Shown: positions 18,671-29,340 of the stretch, piece after piece | How positions within the stretch are numbered: position 1 is the first letter of the stretch | Layout of the letters: every line of letters starts with the position of its first letter | DNA from: a bacterium | GTDB taxonomy: Bacteria > UBA6262 > WVXT01 | Assembly (NCBI GenBank): GCA_035530055.1 | Contig: DATKVN010000095.1 | Location: forward strand, 1-59,695 | Direction of reading: 5' to 3' | DNA length: 59,695 nt | Made by a program: the position numbers and the translations under genes | The notes under the pieces: generated by a model | Database searches by the model: none | Seen by the model: only the letters and a program-made list of their open reading frames with translations | What the model was told of the DNA's origin: nothing

Positions 18671-18767
18671 GTGTTTGGTAGAGCGCAAATTTCTGGTAAC
18701 TGATTATCGGCTGGGAAAAGATCGACTAACTAATTACTACAAACTGGGAAATTGAAGGAGGCTTTGA

Positions 18768-19865
18768 GTGCATATTCCTCTGGTTGATTTAAAGCGTCAG
18801 TACTTGTCGATTAAGAAAGAGATTGATGGGGCTATTAAGGAAGTCATCGATAAGAGTGCCTTTATTATGGGAGAAAATGTGCAGGGATTTGAGAATGAAT
18901 TTGCAAAATTTTGTGGAGTTAAATATGGAATAGGGACAAGTTCGGGAACCACTGCTCTTCACCTGGCACTGGTAGCTTGCGAGATTAAGCAAGGCGATGA
19001 AGTCATTACCGTTCCCTATACATTTATTGCTACTACGGAAGCAATATCTCATACTGGTGCGAAAGTTGTTTTCGTAGATATTGAAGATAGAAGTTATAAT
19101 ATGGATTCTGAGAAGATTGAACAGGCGATTACGGAAAAAACCAGAGCGATTATCCCCGTTCATCTATTTGGTCAACCTGCCGATATGGATAAGATTATGG
19201 AGATTGCTAAAAAGCACAATCTCGTTGTAATTGAAGATGCTTGCCAGGCCCATGGTGCCGAGTACAAAGGGAAGAAGGTGGGAAGCCTGGGAGATATTGC
19301 CTGCTTCAGCTTTTATCCCGGAAAAAATTTGGGCGCTTACGGAGATGCAGGGATGGCAATCACGGATAATCAGAAATTGGCAGAAAAGATGAGTTTATTG
19401 AGGAATCATGGTTACCAGAGAAAATATTACCACGAAATAGAAGGATATAATTATCGGCTGGACGCAATCCAGGCTGCGATACTGCGAGTAAAGTTGAGAC
19501 ATCTTGAGGAATGGACGGAAAAGAGGCGAAGAAACGCCAAATTATATGATGAATTACTCAAAGGGAGTGGAGTTAAAACCCCACTGGAAATGGAATATGC
19601 CAAACATGTCTATCACCTTTATGTAATTGGAATAGAGAAAAGAGAGGAATTGTACTTAAGGCTAAAGAAGAACGAGATTTCTACAGCCATCCATTATCCT
19701 CTACCTTTACACCTTCAACAAGCATACACTTACCTTGGTTATAAAAAAGGTGATTTTCCTATCTCTGAAGCCTGCACGGAAAGATTGCTTTCTCTTCCCA
19801 TGTTTCCCGAATTGACTGAAGATGAAATTAAAAAAATTGTGGAGATAATAAGGAAAGAAAATTGA
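18768..19865 (+). CDS. DegT/DnrJ/EryC1/StrS-family PLP-dependent sugar aminotransferase (WbpE/GnnB-like)
   Basis: [10 protein letters not shown]..., [34 protein letters not shown], and [16 protein letters not shown] (PLP-lysine motif). GTG start 6 nt after AAGGAGG. Confidence 0.85.
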   Translation: MHIPLVDLKRQYLSIKKEIDGAIKEVIDKSAFIMGENVQGFENEFAKFCGVKYGIGTSSGTTALHLALVACEIKQGDEVITVPYTFIATTEAISHTGAKVVFVDIEDRSYNMDSEKIEQAITEKTRAIIPVHLFGQPADMDKIMEIAKKHNLVVIEDACQAHGAEYKGKKVGSLGDIACFSFYPGKNLGAYGDAGMAITDNQKLAEKMSLLRNHGYQRKYYHEIEGYNYRLDAIQAAILRVKLRHLEEWTEKRRRNAKLYDELLKGSGVKTPLEMEYAKHVYHLYVIGIEKREELYLRLKKNEISTAIHYPLPLHLQQAYTYLGYKKGDFPISEACTERLLSLPMFPELTEDEIKKIVEIIRKEN

Positions 19866-22522
19866 AACAAAAAACTCAAAATGTTTTAAAAATTCCCATT
19901 ATTATCCTTTCAGGTTTTTATATTTTCTGGACCTACTTTTTCTATCGCAACTATTTTATTAAAGGGGGCTTTCTGGTTTCGTTGAAATGGATAGTTAATA
20001 TCTTTTCCAATCTCCGATATCCGCACAATTTTAGTTTGGGCAGATTCCTTACCTCAACAGGTTACTACCTTTTGTTATTTGTTGGCTTGGGAATAATTTG
20101 TATGATTGCTTTTGGCATCGGCAGGAAGATTCTAAAGTTATTAAGGATTGAGGGAAAGTCTATATTAGAAAGTACTATTTTTGCTTTAGGCCTGGGATTT
20201 GGCTCTTTGTCATTAATGATGTTTGGCCTGGGTATTTTGAAGTTATACTATACATGGGTAATCTATTCTGTGTTGGGAGTATTGAGTGTTTTTTCATTTT
20301 TCGAAGTTAAGAAGGTTTGGAAACAGAAACCTAGATTACCGTCGCCTAAGACCGGACCTACAATGTTTACCATATTTTTTTGGGGAATGCTGGGAGTAGC
20401 TGCAGTAATAAATTTAGCCGGAGCTCTGGTCCCGGCAGTATTCTATGATTCTTTGGTATTTCATTTAGCAGTTCCCAGCCTGTACAAGATAAGTCATGGG
20501 ATAAGATATATTGAAACCATATTCACCTCTCAATTCCCACAAAATATGCAAATGTTATATACCTTGAGTCTCTTATTAGGGACACATATTCTGGCGAAAC
20601 TTATGCACTGGATAATGGGGATACTTGTAGTTCTACTGGTTTACACATTCGGCCGCAAGTATTTTAACTATCGGGTAGGACTACTAGCGGCAGCTATATT
20701 TTATACAATTCCTATGGTCGCCATGCAATCCCGCGTGACAGGAGTCGACCTTTGTCTGACTTTTTACGAGTTCCTGGCGGTCTTCGCCTTGGTGAATTGG
20801 TTTGTTATAAATGGAAGGGATGAGAAACAGAAGAGAGCTCGAGGCAGTTGGTTAATCACGGCTGGTATATTTAGCGGTTTGGCCATGGGAACAAAATATA
20901 CTGCTATGTACGGTTTTCTTCTATTTGCTATTTCTATTTTCCTGATAACAATAATAGTACATAAGGAAAAAATAAAAATATCGTTTAAGAAAACTTTTCT
21001 ATTTTGTGCTGTAGCTACAGCTCTATTCTCTCCCTGGTTAATAAAGAACACCGTTTATACGAACAATCCATTCCACCCATTTCTGAGTAGCATGTTCAAG
21101 AGTAAAAATTTTTACCTTGACTCTAAATACGCGCGTATAGATATTGAAGTGTACTTGAACAGGGGGGCTAAGAAATGGTCCACATACTCTACAAGGAATA
21201 TAAAAGAGTGGTTGATATTTCCCTGGACTCTTACGAAGAAAGGCAATGATTCCAATTCTTTTGTTGGACCCATATTTTTATATCTGCTTCCTTTGTTGTT
21301 CTTTTTGAGAAAAGAGAGTCTGATCAAATTTTTGATTTTTTTGGGAGTAGCTTGGTTTTTTGCCTGGAGTTTGTTAGCCACCAGAAATTTAAGATATTTT
21401 ATTTCCGGACTTACTCTATTTGGGATAATAATTTCCTATCTTCTAATAAAAGTTGAAAAGGAAAATAGATACTTTACAAAGATATTAATTTTTCTTGTTT
21501 TCCTTATGTTGATAAATAATATTGGCTGGAGTTTAATTATACTTACCAAGAACAAAGACCCCTGGGGCGTGGTTTTGGGCAGGGAATCGAGGGAGGAATA
21601 TTTATATAGGGATAGCATAGGCTTTAACCTAATGCCCTATTATTTTCCAGTGGTCAAGTATATTAATGAAAATTTACCATTGGATGCAAAGGTTTTGTTT
21701 ATAGGCGAAGCGAGAGGTTATTATTGCGAGAGAGAGTTTGTTACCAGTCTGGCCGAAGACCCCTACAGTATTGTTATCAGATTGGTGAGATCTTGCAAGG
21801 ATACTGATGAGTTGTTAGAAAGACTTAAGAATTTGGGCATTACCCATGTTTTGTATAATCGAAGGGAGGGATATCGTCTAAAAGGGTACAAAATTTTCGA
21901 TTGGCAAGATGAGGATTTTCCAATTTTCCATAAGTTCTGGAGGAACAACCTGAAGCTAATCTGTGCTGAAAAAGACGTTTATCTCTTCGAGGTCAGATAT
22001 GAAGGAAATGAACGCATCAATTATGTGGAGATATACGAAACTCCGGAGATGGAGGGGTATATAATGGAGGCGAGAAACCGAATTGCTCGAAACAAGGTCG
22101 ATCAAGCCTTCAATCTCCTGCAAAAAGCCAATAAGATAATGCCTGATTCAGCAGTAGTTCATTTCAATCTTGGTTTCGTATATATGAAGAAAGGAAACCT
22201 CGAACAAGCCATAAAAGAGTGTAAATATTCCCTTGTTCTCAATCCCTATGACGGGGACGCCGCCTTACTTTTGGGGTACTTATATTTTCGGAAGAGAGAT
22301 CTAAATAATGCTTGGGAAAATTTCAAAAAAGTCATAGAATTGAAGCCAGATTCAGCTGAGGGTCACGGGAATTTGGGTTTAGTTTACGCTGAGATGAAAA
22401 AATATAAAGAGGCAATAGAGGAATTAAAGATAGCGGTGAAATTAGCTCCCAAAAATGAGAATTTCAGAAATCTGCTAACAAATCTGCAAGAAATATACTC
22501 AGTTGAAGAAAGGAGAAGATAA
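19862..22522 (+). CDS. GT-C-fold (ArnT/PMT-like) polytopic glycosyltransferase fused to C-terminal TPR repeats
   Basis: About 560 aa with more than 10 TM helices, a soluble middle domain, then TPR units ([36 protein letters not shown]...). TTG start overlaps the previous stop. Confidence 0.6.
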   Translation: MKQKTQNVLKIPIIILSGFYIFWTYFFYRNYFIKGGFLVSLKWIVNIFSNLRYPHNFSLGRFLTSTGYYLLLFVGLGIICMIAFGIGRKILKLLRIEGKSILESTIFALGLGFGSLSLMMFGLGILKLYYTWVIYSVLGVLSVFSFFEVKKVWKQKPRLPSPKTGPTMFTIFFWGMLGVAAVINLAGALVPAVFYDSLVFHLAVPSLYKISHGIRYIETIFTSQFPQNMQMLYTLSLLLGTHILAKLMHWIMGILVVLLVYTFGRKYFNYRVGLLAAAIFYTIPMVAMQSRVTGVDLCLTFYEFLAVFALVNWFVINGRDEKQKRARGSWLITAGIFSGLAMGTKYTAMYGFLLFAISIFLITIIVHKEKIKISFKKTFLFCAVATALFSPWLIKNTVYTNNPFHPFLSSMFKSKNFYLDSKYARIDIEVYLNRGAKKWSTYSTRNIKEWLIFPWTLTKKGNDSNSFVGPIFLYLLPLLFFLRKESLIKFLIFLGVAWFFAWSLLATRNLRYFISGLTLFGIIISYLLIKVEKENRYFTKILIFLVFLMLINNIGWSLIILTKNKDPWGVVLGRESREEYLYRDSIGFNLMPYYFPVVKYINENLPLDAKVLFIGEARGYYCEREFVTSLAEDPYSIVIRLVRSCKDTDELLERLKNLGITHVLYNRREGYRLKGYKIFDWQDEDFPIFHKFWRNNLKLICAEKDVYLFEVRYEGNERINYVEIYETPEMEGYIMEARNRIARNKVDQAFNLLQKANKIMPDSAVVHFNLGFVYMKKGNLEQAIKECKYSLVLNPYDGDAALLLGYLYFRKRDLNNAWENFKKVIELKPDSAEGHGNLGLVYAEMKKYKEAIEELKIAVKLAPKNENFRNLLTNLQEIYSVEERRR

Positions 22523-23529
22523 TGAATGTAGCAGTTATAGGTGCAGGATACTGGGGTCCCAACCTGGCCAGAGTCTTTTTTGAGCTGCCGGGCTGTAATA
22601 TCCATACAATTTGTGACAAGAAAAAAGAGCGCCTCGATTCTATCAAAGCATCTTTTCCGAATATAAAAACAACCCAAGACTACAAGATCTTACTGAAAAA
22701 TCCTGAGTTAGAAGCAATTGCCATAGTCACCGAGGCGCAACATCATTATGAGATTGCCAAGGAATGCCTGCTTGCCGGTAAACATGTATTAGTGGAGAAG
22801 CCATTAGCTCTCAATAGTCACGAATGTGAAGACTTAATCGGCATTGCCAAAGCTAAAAATCGCATCCTCATGGTTGGACACTTGCTTGAGTACCATCCTG
22901 CAGTTCGTAAATTGAAAGAGCTCATAGACAGCGGAGAAATAGGGAAGGTCTACTACATTTACTCACAGAGGGTAAATTTAGGGGAAATAAGGCGTTATGA
23001 AAATGCATTATGGAGTTTTGGCCCTCACGATGTATCGGTCATACTCTATTTTTTAGGAGAAGAACCAGAAAGTGTAAATGCCCTTGGGGAATCTTATCTG
23101 CAAGAAAATATACAAGACGTCGTTTTTGTGAACTTACATTTTAAGGATAAAGGAATGGCTCAGGTTCATCTTAGCTGGCTTGATCCACATAAGATTAGGA
23201 AGTTCACCATTGTAGGAAGTAAAAAGATGGTCGTGTTTGATGACATGGAAAGTTCTGAAAAGATTAAAATCTATGACAAAGGAGCCGATTCCCCGGGAAA
23301 ATACGTCTCCTACGGAGATTCCATCACATTAAGGATTGGCGACATCAGTATACCTAAGATAGATATGAAGGAACCCCTTAAAATTGAATGCCAGCATTTC
23401 TTAGACTGCATTAGGGAGAATAAACGCCCCTTGAGTGATGGAGCAGATGGTTTACGTGTAGTGCGTGTGTTGGAGGCAGCACAGAAGTCGATGGAGAATT
23501 ACGGGACTTTAGTGAAATTGGAGGGATAG
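22522..23529 (+). CDS. Gfo/Idh/MocA-family sugar-nucleotide 3-dehydrogenase (WbpB-like)
   Basis: [18 protein letters not shown] Rossmann N-terminus and VLVEKPLAL motif. Followed immediately by a WbpD-like acetyltransferase. Confidence 0.7.
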   Translation: MNVAVIGAGYWGPNLARVFFELPGCNIHTICDKKKERLDSIKASFPNIKTTQDYKILLKNPELEAIAIVTEAQHHYEIAKECLLAGKHVLVEKPLALNSHECEDLIGIAKAKNRILMVGHLLEYHPAVRKLKELIDSGEIGKVYYIYSQRVNLGEIRRYENALWSFGPHDVSVILYFLGEEPESVNALGESYLQENIQDVVFVNLHFKDKGMAQVHLSWLDPHKIRKFTIVGSKKMVVFDDMESSEKIKIYDKGADSPGKYVSYGDSITLRIGDISIPKIDMKEPLKIECQHFLDCIRENKRPLSDGADGLRVVRVLEAAQKSMENYGTLVKLEG

Positions 23530-24120
23530 ATGGGTCAAGAAGAAAAAAAAGATTATTTCGTGCACGAATCTGCATACGTAGATGAACCAGTTCAGATAGG
23601 GAAAGGCACCAAGATATGGCATTTTTCTCACATTATGAAGGGAGCACAGATTGGCGAGAATTGTAAAATTGGTCAAAATGTATATGTAGATACTAATGTG
23701 AAAATTGGAAACAACGTTAAGATTCAAAATAATGTCTCTGTGTATAAGAATGTCACTTTAGAAGACAGTGTTTTCTGCGGTCCGTCGATGGTGTTTACCA
23801 ATGTGTTTAATCCTCGTTCTGATTATCCTCGTAGATTAGATGAATACGGGAAAACCTTAGTCAAACGGGGAGTAACCATTGGGGCCAATGCAACAGTCCT
23901 TTGCGGTATTACCATAGGAACATATGCATTCATTGGGGCAGGTGCGGTGGTAACAAAAGAGGTCCCTGATTACGCATTGGCTTATGGTAATCCAGCAAGG
24001 ATTCAGGGCTGGATGTGTGAATGTGGCACCAAATTGCAATTTACTGATAATAAGGCAGAATGTCAAAAATGCCACAGGCGATATGAAAAAGAAGGAGAGC
24101 AAGTAAAGAAAGTGAAGTGA
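23530..24120 (+). CDS. Hexapeptide-repeat sugar N-acetyltransferase (WbpD-like)
   Basis: [44 protein letters not shown] left-handed beta-helix repeats. C-terminal CxC...CxxC tail. Confidence 0.7.
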   Translation: MGQEEKKDYFVHESAYVDEPVQIGKGTKIWHFSHIMKGAQIGENCKIGQNVYVDTNVKIGNNVKIQNNVSVYKNVTLEDSVFCGPSMVFTNVFNPRSDYPRRLDEYGKTLVKRGVTIGANATVLCGITIGTYAFIGAGAVVTKEVPDYALAYGNPARIQGWMCECGTKLQFTDNKAECQKCHRRYEKEGEQVKKVK

Positions 24121-24158
24121 TTCTCCAGGTATAAGAATGGAGTATGGAAGGAGAAACT

Positions 24159-25109
24159 ATGTATAAAGGAAAGACAATAGCTGTGGTTGTACCAACTTAT
24201 AATGAGGAGAAACTTATTGGCAGAGTTTTGGAAACGATGCCGGAATTCGTTGATAAAATAGTTATTGTAGATGATGCGAGTAAAGACAATACAGTGGGAG
24301 AAGTGAAGAAATTTGAGGAGACATTGGGTGGGCGGTTAATTCTGTTAGAGCACGAGAAGAACCAGGGAGTTGGTGGAGCGATAGTTACTGGCTATAAATG
24401 GGCTAGAGATAACAATATGGATGTCACCGCGGTTATGGCAGGCGACGCTCAAATGGACCCCGCAGACCTTCCCCAATTACTTGATCCTGTGGTTGATGGC
24501 CAAGCAGATTACACAAAAGGGAACAGGCTGATTACCGGTGGTACATGGCACATGATGCCCAAAAAGAGATATCTGGGGAACGCTTTCCTTTCACTACTTA
24601 CTAAAATTGCGTCCGGATATTGGCATGTGGCAGATTTTCAATGTGGCTATACTGCTATTTCTCTAAAAGTTCTCAAGGTGGTAAACCTGGATAAGGTTTA
24701 CAAGAGATTTGGTATGCCCAACGATTTTTTGGTCAGGTTGAATATCCATTATTTTCGAGTAAAAGATGTGCCCGTCAGAGCTATTTACAATATTGGCGAG
24801 AAATCTGGCGTCAAAATATGGAAAATTGCTTTTACACTTTCCTTTTTGTTATTAAGGATGTTCTTTTGGAGAATGAAAGAAAAGTATATTATAAGAGATT
24901 TCCACCCTTTAGTTTTCTTCTATTTTTTGGGAATCCCATTTACTGCAATTGGGACGTTTTTTGGATTCTATATGTTCTTTCGTAGGCTCCTCGTAGGTCC
25001 TGTTGCGGCAACCAGTGCTCTTTTTGCGGCTTTATTGATTATTGCAGGATTGCAATTTCTTCTGTTTGCGATGTGGTTCGATATGGAATATAATAAGGAC
25101 CTCAAGTGA
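24159..25109 (+). CDS. Family 2 glycosyltransferase with C-terminal TM helices (polyprenyl-phosphate sugar synthase-like)
   Basis: IAVVVPTYNEE, VDDASKDNT and GDAQMDP (DxD-like) motifs, plus two C-terminal TM helices. ATG 24159 follows GGAGAA; ATG 24144 is an alternative start. Confidence 0.75.
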   Translation: MYKGKTIAVVVPTYNEEKLIGRVLETMPEFVDKIVIVDDASKDNTVGEVKKFEETLGGRLILLEHEKNQGVGGAIVTGYKWARDNNMDVTAVMAGDAQMDPADLPQLLDPVVDGQADYTKGNRLITGGTWHMMPKKRYLGNAFLSLLTKIASGYWHVADFQCGYTAISLKVLKVVNLDKVYKRFGMPNDFLVRLNIHYFRVKDVPVRAIYNIGEKSGVKIWKIAFTLSFLLLRMFFWRMKEKYIIRDFHPLVFFYFLGIPFTAIGTFFGFYMFFRRLLVGPVAATSALFAALLIIAGLQFLLFAMWFDMEYNKDLK

Positions 25110-25873
25110 ACGGCAAAAAAAGAAACAATTTTAGCTGTTACTATAGACGCGGATGACTGACATCTCATTCCTTAAGTGATAGGTTCATCTTTTTCAGGTA
25201 TTTTCTGTCGATCTTTTTAGTAAGTGTAAAAGAGACACGATTTTCTCGGCGATTTTACCAATCGAATGGTCGGTGCTCTCGATTTCTTGGGTATTCTAGT
25301 CGAAGAGGATGTGGAACTTTCTTTGGCTGATGGGTTCTCTTCGATATTTAAACAAGAAAACGGAAGCTCTTCTCGAATTTTTTAAATTTTAAAAAGCTAT
25401 TATGATGTTATCTCAAAAGATGAGCTGCTTTCTATTCTGGGAGCGTTGAGAGTTACCTTAGAGAACTTTGAACAGGTGCTTACTGGGAGAGCGACTATTT
25501 CCGGAGAATTAATCAAAAAGAATTAAAAGTTGATATATATTGTTCTTTATAATTCTAATTTGATGAGAAGAATAAATGAATAAGAACGAGAAACAAAAAT
25601 TAATGACAGAACAGGGGAACACTTTTATTTCCTTACCAAAGAATTGTAAGCAATAGAATAAGCCCGGAAAAAATTGAAGACTGGCAAAATAAAAAATCTT
25701 TTAGTTTATATAAAGAAATACATCCAGTTATGAAATTTATATTAAATTTAGATTTCATTATTCCTCAAATGTTTTAAGAGATTAAAAACATCTTTAGAAG
25801 TTTCTCTTTTAGGAGATCACCTTTATTTATTATTTTTTAACATTCATTTGAATATTGCTGATAACTTAATTTA
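25110..25873. other. 764-bp ORF-poor, AT-rich spacer containing start-less ORF fragments (probable decayed genes)
   Basis: No ORF of 60 aa or more on either strand. A start-less 45-codon frame ends at about 25524 (...YYDVISKDELLSILGALRVTLENFEQVLTGRATISGELIKKN*). Composition is visibly AT-richer than the flanks. Confidence 0.5.
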
Positions 25874-26608
25874 GTGAAAAAGTTTTTGACATTTATATTA
25901 CAAGACCTATACTGTATAATAATTAGTAGCAAATTTGATGATTTTATTTTCAATATCTTTTTTAGCTATGCCCCAATAAATATTTTTAAATTTTTTGAGT
26001 CAAGTTATTCAGGTTATCTTAGAAGATATATCCCTAAAAAGAATGATGTCGTAATTGAAGCCGGCGCATATAAAGGAAATTTTACTATTCTTCTTTCAAG
26101 ACTTGTTGGAAAAAATGGCAAAATTATCTCCATGGAACCTAATTCTTTAATCTTTAAAATTCTAGAGAGAAGAATTAAAAAATTGGGGCTGAAAAATGTA
26201 GTTTTATTAAATAAAAGATTATGGAATAAAAATAAATACATAGAATTTTATGAAGGCAAACAATCAGATAAAGACTTTGGTGTTTTATTTGAAAAAAATA
26301 TACATAATAAAAAAACAAAGTATAGAATTGAATGTATAACAATTGATGTAATAGTGAAAAAATATAAATTAAATAGAGTTAATTCCATTATCATGGATAT
26401 TGAAGGAGCAGAAATTGAAGCAATAAAAGGAGCATTTCAAACACTTAAAAAGTTTCAAGTAAATCTTGCTGTAGCAAGTTATCATATAAGAGACGGGAAT
26501 AAAACTTACAAGGAGTTAGAAAAAATATTTCGAGAACTAAATTATTACACTGAAACATCCAATTATACTCATCTAACAACTTATGCAAGCAAATATAAAT
26601 TTAAGTAA
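25874..26608 (+). CDS. FkbM-family SAM-dependent methyltransferase
   Basis: VVIEAGAYKGNFT...GKIISMEPN... and IMDIEGAEIEAIKG are characteristic of FkbM. Very AT-rich codon usage. Start (GTG 25874) is uncertain. Confidence 0.65.
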   Translation: MKKFLTFILQDLYCIIISSKFDDFIFNIFFSYAPINIFKFFESSYSGYLRRYIPKKNDVVIEAGAYKGNFTILLSRLVGKNGKIISMEPNSLIFKILERRIKKLGLKNVVLLNKRLWNKNKYIEFYEGKQSDKDFGVLFEKNIHNKKTKYRIECITIDVIVKKYKLNRVNSIIMDIEGAEIEAIKGAFQTLKKFQVNLAVASYHIRDGNKTYKELEKIFRELNYYTETSNYTHLTTYASKYKFK

Positions 26609-26683
26609 GAATTAAATTAAAGTTCATTTAAAAAGTATTGGGGTCGTATTCTTGCTGGAGAAAAAGGAGGCTGGGGTTTTATC

Positions 26684-28114
26684 TTGAAGGTTCTAATTAT
26701 TAACCCTCCCTGGGAAGTAGAAGATGGATACGGGTGCCGAAGCAATTCTCGGTGGCCACACATCAGGAAAGATAAACACCTCGCTTTTCCTATCTACCTG
26801 GGATATGTTGCTGCCATATTAGAGAAGGAAGGAATAGAGACGAAAATCATTGATGCTGTGGCCGAGGAATACGATTCGGAAAAATTTGTCTTAGCTGTGA
26901 GTAATGAAAAGCCTAATATTTGTTTTATCGAAACATCAACTCCAACTATAAATGAGGACCTGAGAAATGCAAAATCGCTAAAAGGGTCCTTAAATACAGA
27001 GATATTTTTTTTCGGCGCCCACGTTACTACTTTCCACTGGCAAATAATGGAGGAGAACCATTTTCTTACAGGCATTATTCGGGGCGAATTTGAATATACT
27101 ATTAGAGATATTGCCATGCAAAGGCCCTATCACGAAATTTTAGGATTAACCTTTAGGAAAAAAATCTTCCCTGATGAGATTATCGTCAATAAAGATCGAC
27201 CATTAATCGAAAACCTGGACGCATTGCCATTTCCAGCTTGGCATCAATTCGACCTCTCTATATATGATAGTTTTCTCCATCGTTCTCCCTCAATAATTAT
27301 GCTAACCTCCCGGGGTTGTCCTTTTCATTGTACTTTCTGTTTATGGCCAGATGTTCTGTACGGTCATAAACAAAGATTTCGCTCCCCAGAAAATATCTGT
27401 GATGAAATAGAAATCTTAATCGAAAAGTATGGGATGAGAGAGATTAAGTTTGATGACGATACTTTTGCTTTGAATAAGAAAAGAGTGATAGCGCTTTGTG
27501 ATGAGATAAGAAAAAGAGGCTATCACAAAAAGATAGTGTGGAACTGTTTTGGGCACATTACTCAAAGTGATGAAGAATTATATAAATGGATGATGGAAGC
27601 TGGATGTGTCCGAGTTAACTTTGGCATTGAATCAGGCTCTCAGAAAATATTAGATATGATTAAGAAAAAAATCGATATGGAGAAAGCAAAAGAAACAATA
27701 TCCATCTGTAAGAAATTAGGGATAGAAACATATTGCACTTTTATGGTTGGTTTTCCTCATGAAAATGAAGAAGATATTGAACAGAGCATTAGCACAGCAA
27801 TTAAACTCAACCCTGACTTCATTCAGGTAAGTTACGTGGTGCCTTATCCAGGCACACAAATGTACAATGAAGGAATGAGAGACAAACGGCTGGTTCATGC
27901 CGAGAAGTGGGAAAATTATTGTTCAACTGGTCCAGCAATTTTTACAGGAGAAATTTCTCCCCGAAGGATACAACAACTCTATTATTTATTCTGGAGAAGA
28001 TTTTACCTCCGCTCAAAATATGCTCTCAAAATTTTGAACAGGATATCCAAATCACCCAAAGAATTCAAAAAAGTAATCAGGGGATTCTTGTCATTTTATA
28101 AAAGATTCCTGTAG
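26684..28114 (+). CDS. B12-binding-domain radical SAM enzyme (class B)
   Basis: N-terminal cobalamin-binding-like domain (KVLIINPPW...YLGYVAAILEKEGIE). Radical SAM motif SRGCPFHCTFC (CxxxCxxC). TTG start. Confidence 0.8.
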   Translation: MKVLIINPPWEVEDGYGCRSNSRWPHIRKDKHLAFPIYLGYVAAILEKEGIETKIIDAVAEEYDSEKFVLAVSNEKPNICFIETSTPTINEDLRNAKSLKGSLNTEIFFFGAHVTTFHWQIMEENHFLTGIIRGEFEYTIRDIAMQRPYHEILGLTFRKKIFPDEIIVNKDRPLIENLDALPFPAWHQFDLSIYDSFLHRSPSIIMLTSRGCPFHCTFCLWPDVLYGHKQRFRSPENICDEIEILIEKYGMREIKFDDDTFALNKKRVIALCDEIRKRGYHKKIVWNCFGHITQSDEELYKWMMEAGCVRVNFGIESGSQKILDMIKKKIDMEKAKETISICKKLGIETYCTFMVGFPHENEEDIEQSISTAIKLNPDFIQVSYVVPYPGTQMYNEGMRDKRLVHAEKWENYCSTGPAIFTGEISPRRIQQLYYLFWRRFYLRSKYALKILNRISKSPKEFKKVIRGFLSFYKRFL

Positions 28115-28129
28115 TCAAAGGGCGGCGAA

Positions 28130-29326
28130 ATGAAAATCGGTATCATCATCGCTATAGGGTTTAAAGAATTGCACGGCGGAAACATCAGGTGTTTCTACTT
28201 AGTAAAGGAATTGGTGCGAAGGAAACACGAAATAACGATTTTCCATGGCGTAACCGAAGATGCTAAGGATTCTTCGAGAAGATTCGGATGTAATTGTGTG
28301 GGGGTAGGTAGGTCGACTTCGAGATGGCAGTCTAATTTTAGAAAAATGTTGAACAGTCTTTATTTCATCCTGAAGATGAAAAAAATTCTTAAGAATTTCG
28401 ATTTCGATGTTCTTTTTGGGATTAATGTAGTCCACTCCATCCCGATAGTTTGGCAAAAAGAGGCAAAATCCACAATACTTTACGTTGATATGTTTAGTGA
28501 TTTATTTGAGGCTGAACAGAGGTACCATTTTCTGGGTTATCCGGTTTCGAGAATTATTAGATGGATTGAAAATTGGACTATTAGAAGAGCGGATCGGGTA
28601 ATGATGATTACGGAAACAATGAAAAGTATGATAAGAAAACCATTTTCTCAAAAGATAGTGGTGATTCCTGACGGTGCAGATACGGAGATATTTACACCTG
28701 GTAGGAATGCAAACGACATAAAAAGAAAGTACGGAATTGGTGATGAGCCGATAATCGGTTATCAGGGAGGAATATCTCGTCACGAAGGTCTGCAGTTTTT
28801 GGCAATGGCTGCTCCTTTTGTGCTCAAGGAGATTCCTGAGGCGCGTTTTTTAATTTCCGGAAAAGGAGAATATTTATCGGAGATAAAAAAAATAATAGAA
28901 AAGAACAGGACCCAGGATCATTTCATATTTACCGGTTGGCTCGATTACTATAGAATACCTGAGATATTAACAGCCACGACGGTTAGTGTTGTTCCTATGC
29001 CTGACATACCATTTTCCAGGGCTATAATTTCCTTCAAACTTTTGGAAGGTTTAGCTTCAGGCACTCCGTTAGTGGTCAGTGACCTGCCTGGGGTAAAGGA
29101 AATAGTTGATGAGACTATGGTTACTTTTACTCAAGTAGAAAATCCCCGAAGGTTTGCTCAGGATATAATAAAAGTTCTACATATGGATAAAGAAAAAATA
29201 AAGTTAATGACAGCAAAGGGACGCCGGAGAATAGAAAAATTGGACTGGCGTAAGATAGCGATGGTAGACGCTGATTTCATTGAAGGAAAGGATATTTCTG
29301 AAAAGGTTAAACATTTATTCGCCTAG
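28130..29326 (+). CDS. GT4-family (group 1) glycosyltransferase
   Basis: GT-B fold with a C-terminal EGLASGTPLVVSDLPGVKEIV (E-x7-E region) motif. Confidence 0.8.
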   Translation: MKIGIIIAIGFKELHGGNIRCFYLVKELVRRKHEITIFHGVTEDAKDSSRRFGCNCVGVGRSTSRWQSNFRKMLNSLYFILKMKKILKNFDFDVLFGINVVHSIPIVWQKEAKSTILYVDMFSDLFEAEQRYHFLGYPVSRIIRWIENWTIRRADRVMMITETMKSMIRKPFSQKIVVIPDGADTEIFTPGRNANDIKRKYGIGDEPIIGYQGGISRHEGLQFLAMAAPFVLKEIPEARFLISGKGEYLSEIKKIIEKNRTQDHFIFTGWLDYYRIPEILTATTVSVVPMPDIPFSRAIISFKLLEGLASGTPLVVSDLPGVKEIVDETMVTFTQVENPRRFAQDIIKVLHMDKEKIKLMTAKGRRRIEKLDWRKIAMVDADFIEGKDISEKVKHLFA

Positions 29327-29340
29327 AGAGGAGATAGCGT

